A DNA stretch of 64,000 bases, from NCBI GenBank assembly GCA_951406725.2, contig OX597819.1, forward strand, positions 133,796,001 to 133,860,000. The letters are read 5' to 3'. This DNA is from Octopus vulgaris. Taxonomy: Eukaryota. Under the pieces are notes generated by a model. It saw only the letters and a list, made by a program, of their open reading frames with translations, had not been told where the DNA came from and made no database searches. The translations under genes and the position numbers were made by a program. Each line of letters starts with the position of its first letter. Position 1 is the stretch's first letter. Shown here piece by piece: positions 14,149 to 26,607 of this stretch.

Positions 14149-15229
14149 AACTATGACATTCTTCTACGAGATGTTTTCCTCAACTGTTTGGATATAATTC
14201 AGTAGCCGTAGCAGCAGTTTTTGCGGAGGTGCAGATGGTTTGCAGATAGAATACTTTTCTAACAGATTCCAAATACTTTATAATCGCAAGGTATTTTGGT
14301 GTTCTTCACAGTTGTTATATTATTTGAAATTTGTGAAGGTTATTAATAGTAGTAGCAAGTAATTACTAAGCAGTAAGAAACACTCAGTTATTGAAAAGAA
14401 ATAGTCAGTTGTATTTTAAATTCTTCTATCTTATTATGATTATTGTTTGAAAATGTTTTTAGTTTACATTATATAGATCTTATAAATTTAATTCTATTCT
14501 TATATTATTTATATGCGTCTTTATCATTATAGTTATGTTTACTGGAAAAAGTTTATTGAAATCATATAAATTAAAGCATTCTATTATTTAATTTATATTA
14601 AAAGAAAATGTTTGTGTAAGCAATTAAATCGTTCTTCGTGTTTAGTGTTAACTAATTTATTTTTCGAAGTAAATATTTGGCATAATTCCTCTAGGCACAA
14701 ATTGCATTTTCCGTCCCCTATTTTATAAGATTTCGCAGTAATAATAATTTCCCATTTTAATGAATATTTAATATTTCCATACTTAAGCGACCATCTAAGT
14801 TTACTAACACTTGTTGAAAATTTTCTATTATTATTTATGAAATTTTATGATTTGCTATTCTTTGTTTCATAAAGCATGAGCTAGACCCTGTATAGTAATA
14901 TTTATTTCTATTTGTTGTAACTTCACATCTATAGTCGGTATTTCTTACTTAACACTTATTTTCAAATTTGAATTGCGTTCTCCTAGCGCAATCACATTTC
15001 CCATGAACAAAGTTATCTATGTTTTTCCTATTAGATTTTATTGTTTGTGTTCGTTTTATATTTCTGCTGATAATCTTTATTATAATTGTTTTATAATAGT
15101 CGTTACGCTTCCTATGATTAAAGGGAAACTACTCAATTAAATAATTCTCTAAATTCTATAACTAATAGACAGGTACACATGGTGCCTAGAAACCTACCTA
15201 TAAAGATATGGGAAACAACAAATAAAATC

Positions 15230-15750
15230 AATTTAGACAACAGATTTATAATTTGACAGAAATATAATTATTAAGAAAGCTGACAAAGGAGGATCACTCG
15301 ATATTTTGATACAGATTATTCAAAGAAATTTCTACTGGAGATGCTCCAAGGTAATATTTACAAGGAAGAAACCAAAAAGGATGAGACTAATTACCGTTCA
15401 ACTACACTCAAACGAAAACTATCTTTTTTACTGACAAAGAAGCGGATCAGCTCAAAGACTTCAAATATGAAACAAGCAGTTTCTATGGAATACGTAAAAT
15501 ACAAGAAACTAACCAATGGGAAATTTGAAAGAGCGAAAGCCAGTTGTGTGAATATCCCACCACCATTGGTTCTAAAAATGAAATCCATCTTAGCAGACCC
15601 GTCGTGCGAAACACATCGCTCAAGTAATATTCCAGACATTCTACAAAAGCTCCTCCTTCAATATATAAAGCACCTTCTACAAGACGATTTGAATATCCTC
15701 AAAACCAACTACTTAGTACAATAAACGAAAACACCTGTATCGTCACACCT
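15230..15750 (+). mobile_element. Penelope-like reverse transcriptase N-terminal relic
   Basis: IIIKKADKGGS, ETSSFYGIRKIQ (cf. FYGLPKIHK) and SILADPSCETHRSSNIPDILQKLLL (cf. RPIVAGPxCETHRLS..DILLKP); frameshifted. Confidence 0.8.
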
Positions 15751-17575
15751 GTACGTTTTGCTAAGATAAAGCTTGTCTAGCGATGTACTTCGGTGAACGC
15801 GAACAGCCAACACTTTTGAATATTGCCAGTAACAAGACATTTACACTTTCCGAACATATTTATAGAAGCTTCATATAAAAAATGTAGCACTACATTGAGG
15901 AAATGAGCTTTTCATTTCTATTGCTGCTACGTATTTCTCTAACGCGCTATGGCTTTGAGCATAATTCGCCTCGTCTTTCAACACACGGTTCCAAAATGTT
16001 TCTCATGTTGTTTATTTTTCTAGTCGTTTCTGTGTGTTTTCGTGCAGAAATTTTGTGATTTATTTTCGAAAGCTCGATTATGAAAGAAGCGTTATATTTA
16101 ATGTAATACCCATTTAACTAAGTTGAAGAGAATATATATATTTTTTTTAATTTTAAGTTCTCAAATATTTGCAGTCGTGTTTATTCGTTCTTTATGCTGT
16201 ACTTAGGCATAAATTTTGTTAATTTTTCTTCTTGTTCTGTCTTTTGTATTTGGTTAGAAAGGTTATTTTTTCTTGCATCGCTAAGCAAATTTCTATGATA
16301 TATGTTTTTCACATTTTGCTAGTCTCTTCTACGTTTTGTATTTAACCATGCATTTTCTAAAGTTATTGGTGTGCATGCGTATTGGACATAGAATAATTCA
16401 GTTCCGTCACTGAGTATTGAAATAATATTCCACTGCTTATAGCTCCCTTCTATCTCCCTTGGTCACTTAGTGTTCTCTACGAAACTGCTTTTCAAAAGAA
16501 TTACTATACATGTTCGTAAACTTGTTTACTAGTTATTTATCGCCAACAAGTTGATCAGTTTCTAAAAGTTATAACTGATTTCCAAACATCGGTATTAACG
16601 AGATTTCTATTCAAATGAATTATGACATTGCAGGCTTTTACGATGTTGGTTGTAGAGTCGCTATACGAAGATCGGTATTCATAAATTATTCGGAAATTTT
16701 AATATCAAATTCAATATTAATTCCATTTTGAATTTTAATCAATATCATTATCAGCACTGATTTACACAACTAATAAATATATAGCAGAACTTTCTCGTTA
16801 CTGCCTTGATTTCAACGTTACGCAATGAATGGCTTTGCTCTGTGAGTGTTCGTATGGTCGAATAATGGTTGTTTCTTATCAACTATTCTCTTGCTTGGCC
16901 TACGTTATATCGGAGTATAGTTGTTTCTTGTATCGTTGTATTCATTACATATATCAATTCATGAACACTTATAATGGCTTTGAGGATGCAACAGAAAAAG
17001 TTTAAATTAATGTTCTCTATCGCCTTTTCTTCATCTCGTTGTCATTGCATGTTTTCGTCATTTTCGTATAATAAAATATATAATACATTTATTTTGAAAG
17101 ATGTCCTTATGTCTTCAAGTAGTTATGATTGTAAAAACGTGTTGCGGGGACATTTTCTTCTCTCATCCCAAGACAGGTATCGTGAAAATACCCGTAGTCG
17201 CGAATAACCAGAACGTGAGAGAATCTACATGGTAGGTTGACAACCTAAAAGCTGTACCTAAAGTTCACTCAAGGCCCTCTTACCCGGTTCAGAATCGCAC
17301 CATCGTCATTGTTGCAGACCTCATTCTGACGAAAGTAAAAATGTGGCTAAAGAATATATCTATGGCGATACAGCGATTCATTACTTGAATAAGGCGAATG
17401 AGCAGTGGAGACGGGGAGGACGAAAATCAAGCAGACGTGAACGGGACGAGGAGTTAAGAGAGTTATAATGATAGATTTGTCAGCTGAAACAGTATATGGC
17501 ATCTGTGAGCGAGATTATTAGAAGAAGAAAACCATTGGCGCAAAAGGTGGATGGACTTGAGCAAATATATTATAA

Positions 17576-17985
17576 GGGCGGCGAACTGGCAGAATCGTTA
17601 GCACGCAAGGCGAAATGCTTAGAGGTATTTCGTCTGCCGTTACGTTCTGAGTTCAAATTCCGCCGAGGTCGACTTTGCCTTTCATCCTTTTGGGGTCGAT
17701 TAAATAAATACCAGTTACGCACTGGGGTCGATGTAATCGACTTAATCCGTTTGTCTGTCCGTGTTTGTCCTCTCTGTGTTTAGTTCCTTGTGGGTAGTAA
17801 AGCAATAGGTATTTCGTCTACCGTTACGTTATGAGTTCAAATTCCGCCGAGATCGACTTAGCCTTTCATCCTTTCGATAAAATAAGTACCAGTTACGCAC
17901 TGGGGTCGATGTAATCGACTTAATCCCTTTGCCTGACCTTGTTTGTCCCCTATATGTTTACTCCCCTATGTGCAATAAAGAAATG
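17576..17985 (+). mobile_element. tRNA-derived SINE, head-to-tail dimer with a 12-bp TSD
   Basis: A-box-like TGGCAGAATCG, B box GAGTTCAAATTCC; the body repeats from ~17808; TSD AATATATTATAA at 17564-17575 and 17986-17997. Confidence 0.9.
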
Positions 17986-19131
17986 AATATATTATAAACC
18001 ATATGGATGGATTTGAGCGATAATATTGTAAATTCTATTTATTTTCGAACGCCAGCAATGGCTCAATATCTCTCAAAATAGACCGCTGCAGTATTTGACC
18101 ATAGAGACCCTAAAGCCAGGATGTAAACCTTAAGGTACTGCAATAATCAACCTCTCAGGACTTGGCCAATTTAAAGCCGTAATATTTTCCACAGATTTTA
18201 CAATATTATCGCTCAAGTCTATCCATACAGCTTACAATGTTATCGCTGTTGGTGATCCATAATATTGTGATCACCTTCGGCAACCATCCAGATGTTCACT
18301 TTGAGTTCTTTTCCAATTCCATTGTCATGTGTTCATGATTTTAAGTACTTCGGCAAGAAATTGGATAATCTATGACTGTAACTTTGGTAATCGTAAATGC
18401 TGAAGAATTTCCAATTAATTGCAGTTCTAAAAATTAATGAGTTCTCGCTACCTATGGTAGATCCTACTTTTGGTGAAATTCTAATTCCATATAATTTTCC
18501 TTCTCGGTCCTGTTTATATCCTATAATTTCTTCTGTTATTTTTGTTCCAGAATAATTTACCGTCCGTTTATGACTGTGTGTCCTTCAGTGTTACGTTCCT
18601 CTCTTTATTAATGGCTCGATTGAATCAAATACTTGGATCATTGGAAAGAATTGCTCACAATTTCCACAGTCTATTCTCCTCCATGTATTTGCTGGGATTT
18701 ACTGTTCTTTCCAGTGTGTTTTGATATTGTGTTTTTAATTGTTTTCTTCTTTTTCATACTGAATCTATCGGTTTTTCATTTCGTTAAGTCAAGTAGGTCC
18801 TTCCGTCCGTATTAAAAAAAGAAATATGTATATTTCCCTTCCGTTTTTGCTTGTTAACGGTTGTCTGAGACGAGTTTGAACATATAATATAGCAAAAGAA
18901 AACTTGTTTCTTTCTTCCGATACTTCCATTACAACTGAATAAATTAGATTAGATATGTCGGTAGATCACAGGAATTTGGATGTATTTACACCATCCTTTT
19001 GTTAATGATACAATCTCTGATAAAGATTTCTTATTGGAAGTAATAGTCTGCAACTAAGATACTGAAACACAAACTTATGGCGTAAACAACACCAGAACTA
19101 CCTAAGTATCTGTTCTATATGTATGCATGTA

Positions 19132-19182
<51 letters not shown>

Positions 19183-19187
<5 letters not shown>

Positions 19188-19506
19188 CAAAGCAATTAAG
19201 ATTCAAGTAAATTCCAATGAATTTACTTGAATGTGGTACTTCACTTAGATGCACCAGAAAAACTATATGGTGTTATCCATACAGTAATGTGGGGTGATTA
19301 TAAACGAGAAAGAAGCAACAAGAATGGATTAGTTTTTAGTACAATTGTTTCATACAAAGACAGGCTTTATTACAAGTTGCAAAAATTGCAGCAGATAAAA
19401 GTGTCCCGTACTCATCAGCTAAAATATATTTGAGTTCTCTAGACATCTTAGTGGGTGAGGTTATACTCATGAAATATTGGAGATAGTTCCATTAGAGGCA
19501 GATATA
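19183..19506 (-). mobile_element. Hammerhead-bearing repeat (Penelope pLTR- or retrozyme-like), copy 1
   Basis: 19304-19506 matches 53137-53339 with 4 substitutions in 203 bp; flanked by (TA)n and (TACA)n. Confidence 0.8.
19334..19424 (-). ncRNA. Type I hammerhead ribozyme, intact core
   Basis: UUUUAG-CUGAUGA-GUAC/GGGACA...UGUCUU/U/GUAU-GAAAC-AAUU-GUA-CUAAAA: stem I UUUUAG/CUAAAA, palindromic stem III ACAAUUGU, GUA cleavage triplet. Confidence 0.85.
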
Positions 19507-19908
19507 CATACATTCATACATACATACATACATACATACATACACACACACATACATAAATACATACATACATACATACATACATACACACATAAATACA
19601 TACATACATACATACATACATACATACATACACACATACATACATACATACATACATACATACATAAATACATACATACATACATACATACACACATACA
19701 TACATACACACACACATACACACATACATACATACACACATACATACACACATACATACATACAATACATACATATATACACACATACATACATGCATGC
19801 ATGCATACATACATACATACATACACACATACATACATGCATACATACATACATACACACACACATACACACATACATACATACATACACACATACACAC
19901 ATACACAT
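19507..19908. repeat. (TACA)n compound microsatellite
   Basis: Read directly. Confidence 0.97.
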
Positions 19909-22900
19909 GGCGCCGTCAAGATCGGACGTGAATGTGTAGAAGACGGTTTAAAAAGTACGTTTTGAACGCCTTCCTCTAGAAATATGCCGACGTCTCCAGC
20001 CTAAATTGGTAACTGGTTTATTTCCCAAACAATTAATAAGAGAAACACCTTTTACTCACCAACGTAGCGCCATCCTGAACAGATTTTAACATATAAATCT
20101 ACACCACGGGGAATCTCGCTAACACGATTATGGCTGAAACTAACACCGCCACGGATGGAACTCACAACCTCACCAATGATGTAAACAGAACTATTTCACC
20201 AGAAAATTATTTCAGAAGACGTAAATTCTTTTCTCATTTTACTTGGACTCAACAACTAAACCAAGATTTACTTCGGCGCCATGAAAAAAGCCCGATTTGA
20301 CCCTTCAATCGGATATATGAAGCGGTTACAATAATATTGGGACGAAGCTCATCCCAACTTAAATACCTTCACGGCGAAACAGCTCCGACAACAAGCAACT
20401 TTTGTAAAAAAAATTTAAAAACCAACTGGTCCTCGATCCTTCCAAAACACTGAGAATGGGACAAAATCTGCCAGAAGCGGCATAAAAAATAATGTAAACA
20501 AACCACCGTTCCTGCCATTGCTAAACTCGAGTGTGTCTCCAAACTTAGCTGACCCAGTAGCGAAGACTGCGGAATATATCCAACTCAAAATCATTTTAAA
20601 ATTACAATTCATGAAAAATGTTGCTACTTTCTCGAAGCTTTTGTTGAGCAACAGACCATTCCCAACAAGAGTGAGAAAAGATCCAACCGATCTAATGTTT
20701 AAAGTTATCAACGATGTCGCTGGAGAGCACATGGAACTATGTGAAGTTAATTACTCTTATATACACAGCCGCTATTACACTTAAAGAACACCTAGGAGAA
20801 ATCTACAGCGAACGAAATTACTAAACGGAAACAATGTAGATGGAAAACAAAACTTGAAGAAAACATCAACGGCATGCACCGCCATATTGGATGGTTAACT
20901 ATAACAACAAAATATAAGGAGAAAAATGAGTTTACACCTCACTCTAAGGTACAGTTGTACATTAGACAAAAATAACGATATTGATAGCAACTCTTCACAC
21001 CGATCTCTTGGGGGAAAGCTAATCCCTTTAAAACATGAACTGAGGACGATGAGCGAGAAACTCCGCAATCGCATGCAAATTTTTGTGCGAGACACGATCA
21101 ATCGCAAGATGGCTTCCAACCCATTATAACAGAGAGATGAGGAAGGAAAACATTACCATTACGAAAGCTCCATCCCATGAAGATCTACAATCATTTTGGT
21201 TAAAAATTTGGAACGAAAAGAGGGATTTCAACCTGAATGCATCATGGCTAAATACAAAAGAGAGAGAATACTGGACCAGCACTAACAGTAAAACACACAA
21301 AATTGATGCAGAAACCTTCGCTATTGCAGTAAGTAAACTGCAGACTGGAAAGGCACCTGGAGGGGACCTGATAGTTGGATATTGGTACAAGAAGCTGACA
21401 TTTTATAGAAACCAATCGATATGTATGTTCAAAAGGACTATGGAAGGTCAGACTGATATAGCAAATTGGTTTAGTAGCCAAAAAGCTACTAAAATTAATA
21501 ACAAAAATTTCAGCTGATATAGGCATGGAATTTGGCCAAAAGAAATATTCATATTTTGCTATAGAACGAGGAAAGTCAGTTCCTTAGACCCAAAACCTGT
21601 TCATCAACGGTCTCTCTATATCCCCCATTCCACACAAAGAATGTTACAAGTACTTAGGCACAGGCGAAAATGTATTATATGATGGCACTGTGAATAAGGA
21701 TAGAGTGACCCGAGAACATTACACCAGACTTAGGAAAATATGGCAGTCGTAACTCTCCTATTACAACAAAACGATATCCCACAATGTATTTGCAGTACCA
21801 GTGCTGATCCCAACATTTGGGTTACTTTTATTGGTCTGTAGAGGAAATCCACTCCATAGATATCAAAACCCGCAAAATACTGACAGCAACTGGGAACTTC
21901 CACAGAAACAGTGATGTTGACAGGCTCTACCTATGAACGTGATAGAGGCCCGAGATCAGTGCAGACCGTCTTAGAATGTCATATGGAATCACAGATGCAG
22001 CACCTGCTAAACAAAAGCAGCAAAAATAAATACATCAATGCAGTCTTCAAAAGTGAAGTGAGCAACAGTGTACGAGTTGGCAGTGAACTCCTCAAGAAAT
22101 AGTGTCTTCTTAATGATCTCCTATACAGTCCCAAAGCAGCTGGGCTCTCTTACCTCAGAGAGGACCTGGATGAAGAACACACAGTGAGAGCACAGGAGGC
22201 GGTCGAAAAAGCCAGCTTCTATATATGGCTGAAGCGGGAAGACCGAAAATGGCTTGAAAGTCATAAACACGCCGACGGGAAATAACATCATTAGGTGAGA
22301 CAAGCTGACTGACAGGTGACGGTCGTTTAGAGAATGCGTGGGCTAAAACTACGCGCCTTCACTAGTCAGTTAAGGTGAGACAGTGTCACGTGACAACTTG
22401 CTGGGGCTGCCTGCTGGAGTCTATGCGGCAGGTATTTAAAGAGAAAAATTTGATAAGACAGTCAGTCACCGGCTGACACTCGCTGACGATACATCGAAGA
22501 GGCCAGGGAACAGAAGAAAGAAGACATGCACCCAACACCAGAGCTGAAGACACCTCCGAAATGAGGGGAGGGCCCGCCACGTCAAAACGGTAGAAGAGTA
22601 GGGGCCGAAACTGGACGTGGTTCCTCCTGATGATGTCTTGAGCTAACTGGATCCTATAAAGGAGCTGTTGTGGTAGCAGACCACGAAACACGGTTGTAAT
22701 TCCTCCTGAAAAGAAACGACCATGCAGGGGTATGTTACCCGGAAGCTTTAAGAAGACAATAGAATTGACACGAAGCGCAGCCTCTCTTCGACACAAGACC
22801 ACTACATCTCATCACACTTTGAGATTGCCACAAAGTACCTGGTGAACAAGACAGACAGTGACGCGCTTGTAATCCCAAGATGCAAACGCATGTGTAGGCC

Positions 22901-23400
22901 ATATCATGTTTCTGTGGAAGACATTACCTATGTGATTAGCAGATGTCCTAAAATGTCGTCACGACACGACCTCCCTATGCGGCATGCTGTTACTACTAAA
23001 GTAATTTACAATGCCATTCACAAAAAAGAACTATCCTGAAATAAACTTGGAAACTCCCTCTGATATGGAATACATTCATAAAAACCAACTCAAGGAATAC
23101 TGGTGGAATATTCCCATCAAAACTTCTGTCAAACGTAAACATAACAGGCCGGATATTGGTTTTGGGACAGAGGGACAAATGTATGTACCATTATAGAGGT
23201 CAGCTGCCCTGCAGATATAAATATCTCTTTGAAAATCAAAGAAAAAGGGGATATTTATGGATAACTGCTTTGAAGCCTCCATTTTTTAATATCCAGACTA
23301 TGAATTCCTATTCATACAAATCTGTTCTGATTAAGCGTCCAATGAACCCGGAACGCACAGCGCAGGCTTTGAAGCAGCCATCGAGGTAAAACGTTCGTAG
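19909..23400 (+). mobile_element. R4/Dong-clade non-LTR retrotransposon relic (RT, CCHC knuckle, restriction-like endonuclease), internally deleted
   Basis: GYMKRLQ*YWDEAHP...QLRQQA; FWLKIWN; KAPGGDLIVGYWYKKL; FSADIGMEFG; YKYLG; IDIKTRKILTATGNFHRNSDVDRLY; CKRMCR...EDITYVISRCPKM; KHNRPDI; IEVSCPAD. The RT core is missing near 21478. Ends approximate. Confidence 0.88.
22186..22708 (+). mobile_element. Nested 3' fragment of a different non-LTR element (HERO-like C-terminus plus 3' UTR)
   Basis: AQEAVEKASFYIWLKREDRKWLE...* (stop 22283-22285) resembles HERO-clade C-termini as I recall them; the host Dong frame resumes at ~22710 (MQGYVTRKL...HYISSHFE). Confidence 0.65.
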
Positions 23401-24504
23401 GAATTCATAATATAAACTGTTTATCTTAATTTCTCATAAATTATATTTGTATTTTATGCATGTATGTATGTAATGTATATATAGTTGGATTATGCAAAAT
23501 ATTCCTTATCTGGGATAAAATGTATACACGAGTATACATGTACATATTTAATTGTTCGGAACAGCATGCCAACATGATCAAACGAGGAAGAAGAAATAAA
23601 ATCTTGATGTAACATCAGAGGTTGTACAGGAGTTTATTGATGAACAAACTCAAAATAAGTTGAAATACATGCATCCTCTATCGGGGGGCGAAAGTGTATT
23701 GTTTATGATTTCTATTTCATTTTTATAGAAACATCGACGAAGAAAACCTAATTAATACCTTCCCATTGACGAAATTTTTATTTGATTCCTTTGAGGATCG
23801 GGCAAAAATAAAACTAGCCAGGCAAGGAATTAAAGTATCGGTAGTTTGAAATATTTCATGAATAATATTCAATGAAAATATCTTTAAATATTTGCATATG
23901 ATTTCAAATACCAATACTATATTCTGTGAAAATATGTTTGGCTTTCTTTGTTTTTTTATGATGAGAGAAATTCTATTAATATTTGAATAAGAAAGATTGT
24001 TCACTTTCCAGTCGAATGGAGCAAGTTGTGTTCTTAAAACTTGTGATAACCACAATGAAAAGCTCAATTTGTCGACTGGATACGAATTAAGCTTCTCGCA
24101 AAAAAGAAAAAAACCTTTGAAGTTTTATGATTATAAATTTGTAGGATCCTACATTTGCTAGGGTCCGTTCAATGACACACTGAAAACTGTTTTCCTATTT
24201 CTGTTCCTTTATCACAACATATGAATGCTTTGGCTTTTATTAAAGATCAATACCATGCTGATACGAGGAAATATTAGTCTTATCGCTCTAATCACATATT
24301 CATATATCATTAGCGCTTCGCACAAGAGTGAGTTGTATGAAACGCCTATTAGAGATCTATGCCAATAGATTTCCAATATCTCTTATGACTAACGTCAATG
24401 TAATATAGGATATTTTCTTGAAAATTACATTTCAAATAATCCTAATACAGTTAATATATTGACTTTGTAATCTGCACTTTCTCTCTCTCTGTATATATAT
24501 GTGT

Positions 24505-24537
<33 letters not shown>

Positions 24538-25144
24538 CACATAAATGTATATATGCCCATATGTGTATGTATGTATGTATGCATACATATCAATGCATAA
24601 TGTGTGTGTGTGCCTCTGCATGTATATATATACACACACATATGGAGCATCCAGTCGTAGAAAACAGAAACGCGTTTCTCGTCTGGCGATTTGGCTCCCT
24701 GGGTTAAGGTTCCAGCACTATCCATTCACACAGAATATACAGACGCTCGAACGCGCCGCACGCAGCGCTGCTGTATGCTCTCACCCATGCGCTCTAGTTA
24801 GACACGCACTTACTATGACTCAATCGTTGTCTTCCCTGTTTTCATTATTCCCCTGCACAATAATATCGCTGGCTTAAGTTACACGAGGGATTTTCGGTGC
24901 CTTAATATTTTTCTCTTTCACTTTTATATTCATTGTTTCAGTTTGTGCCTTTTTTTTTGCCCATGTCCTCATCTTGTCGTTTCCCTTCCCTTCAAATGAA
25001 GAACGTATATCCGACATTTTGAGCGTATTTCTCTCTATTTTCAGCAATGCTTGAAATAATCCATCAACATTATCCTCTGTTATTTCTATGTCTTTTATCA
25101 GGACATTCCTTTAAATTGTTTATGGACTTTTCCGTATCTATGTA

Positions 25145-26607
<1,463 letters not shown>

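Noticed and set aside
15950-19050. Further possible Penelope relics on the minus strand (about 15950-16900 and 18300-19050)
   Set aside because: Only faint motif hints, with no reliable boundaries.
19909-20100. HDV-like ribozyme at the 5' end of the Dong-like LINE
   Set aside because: I could not assemble the nested double pseudoknot from the sequence.
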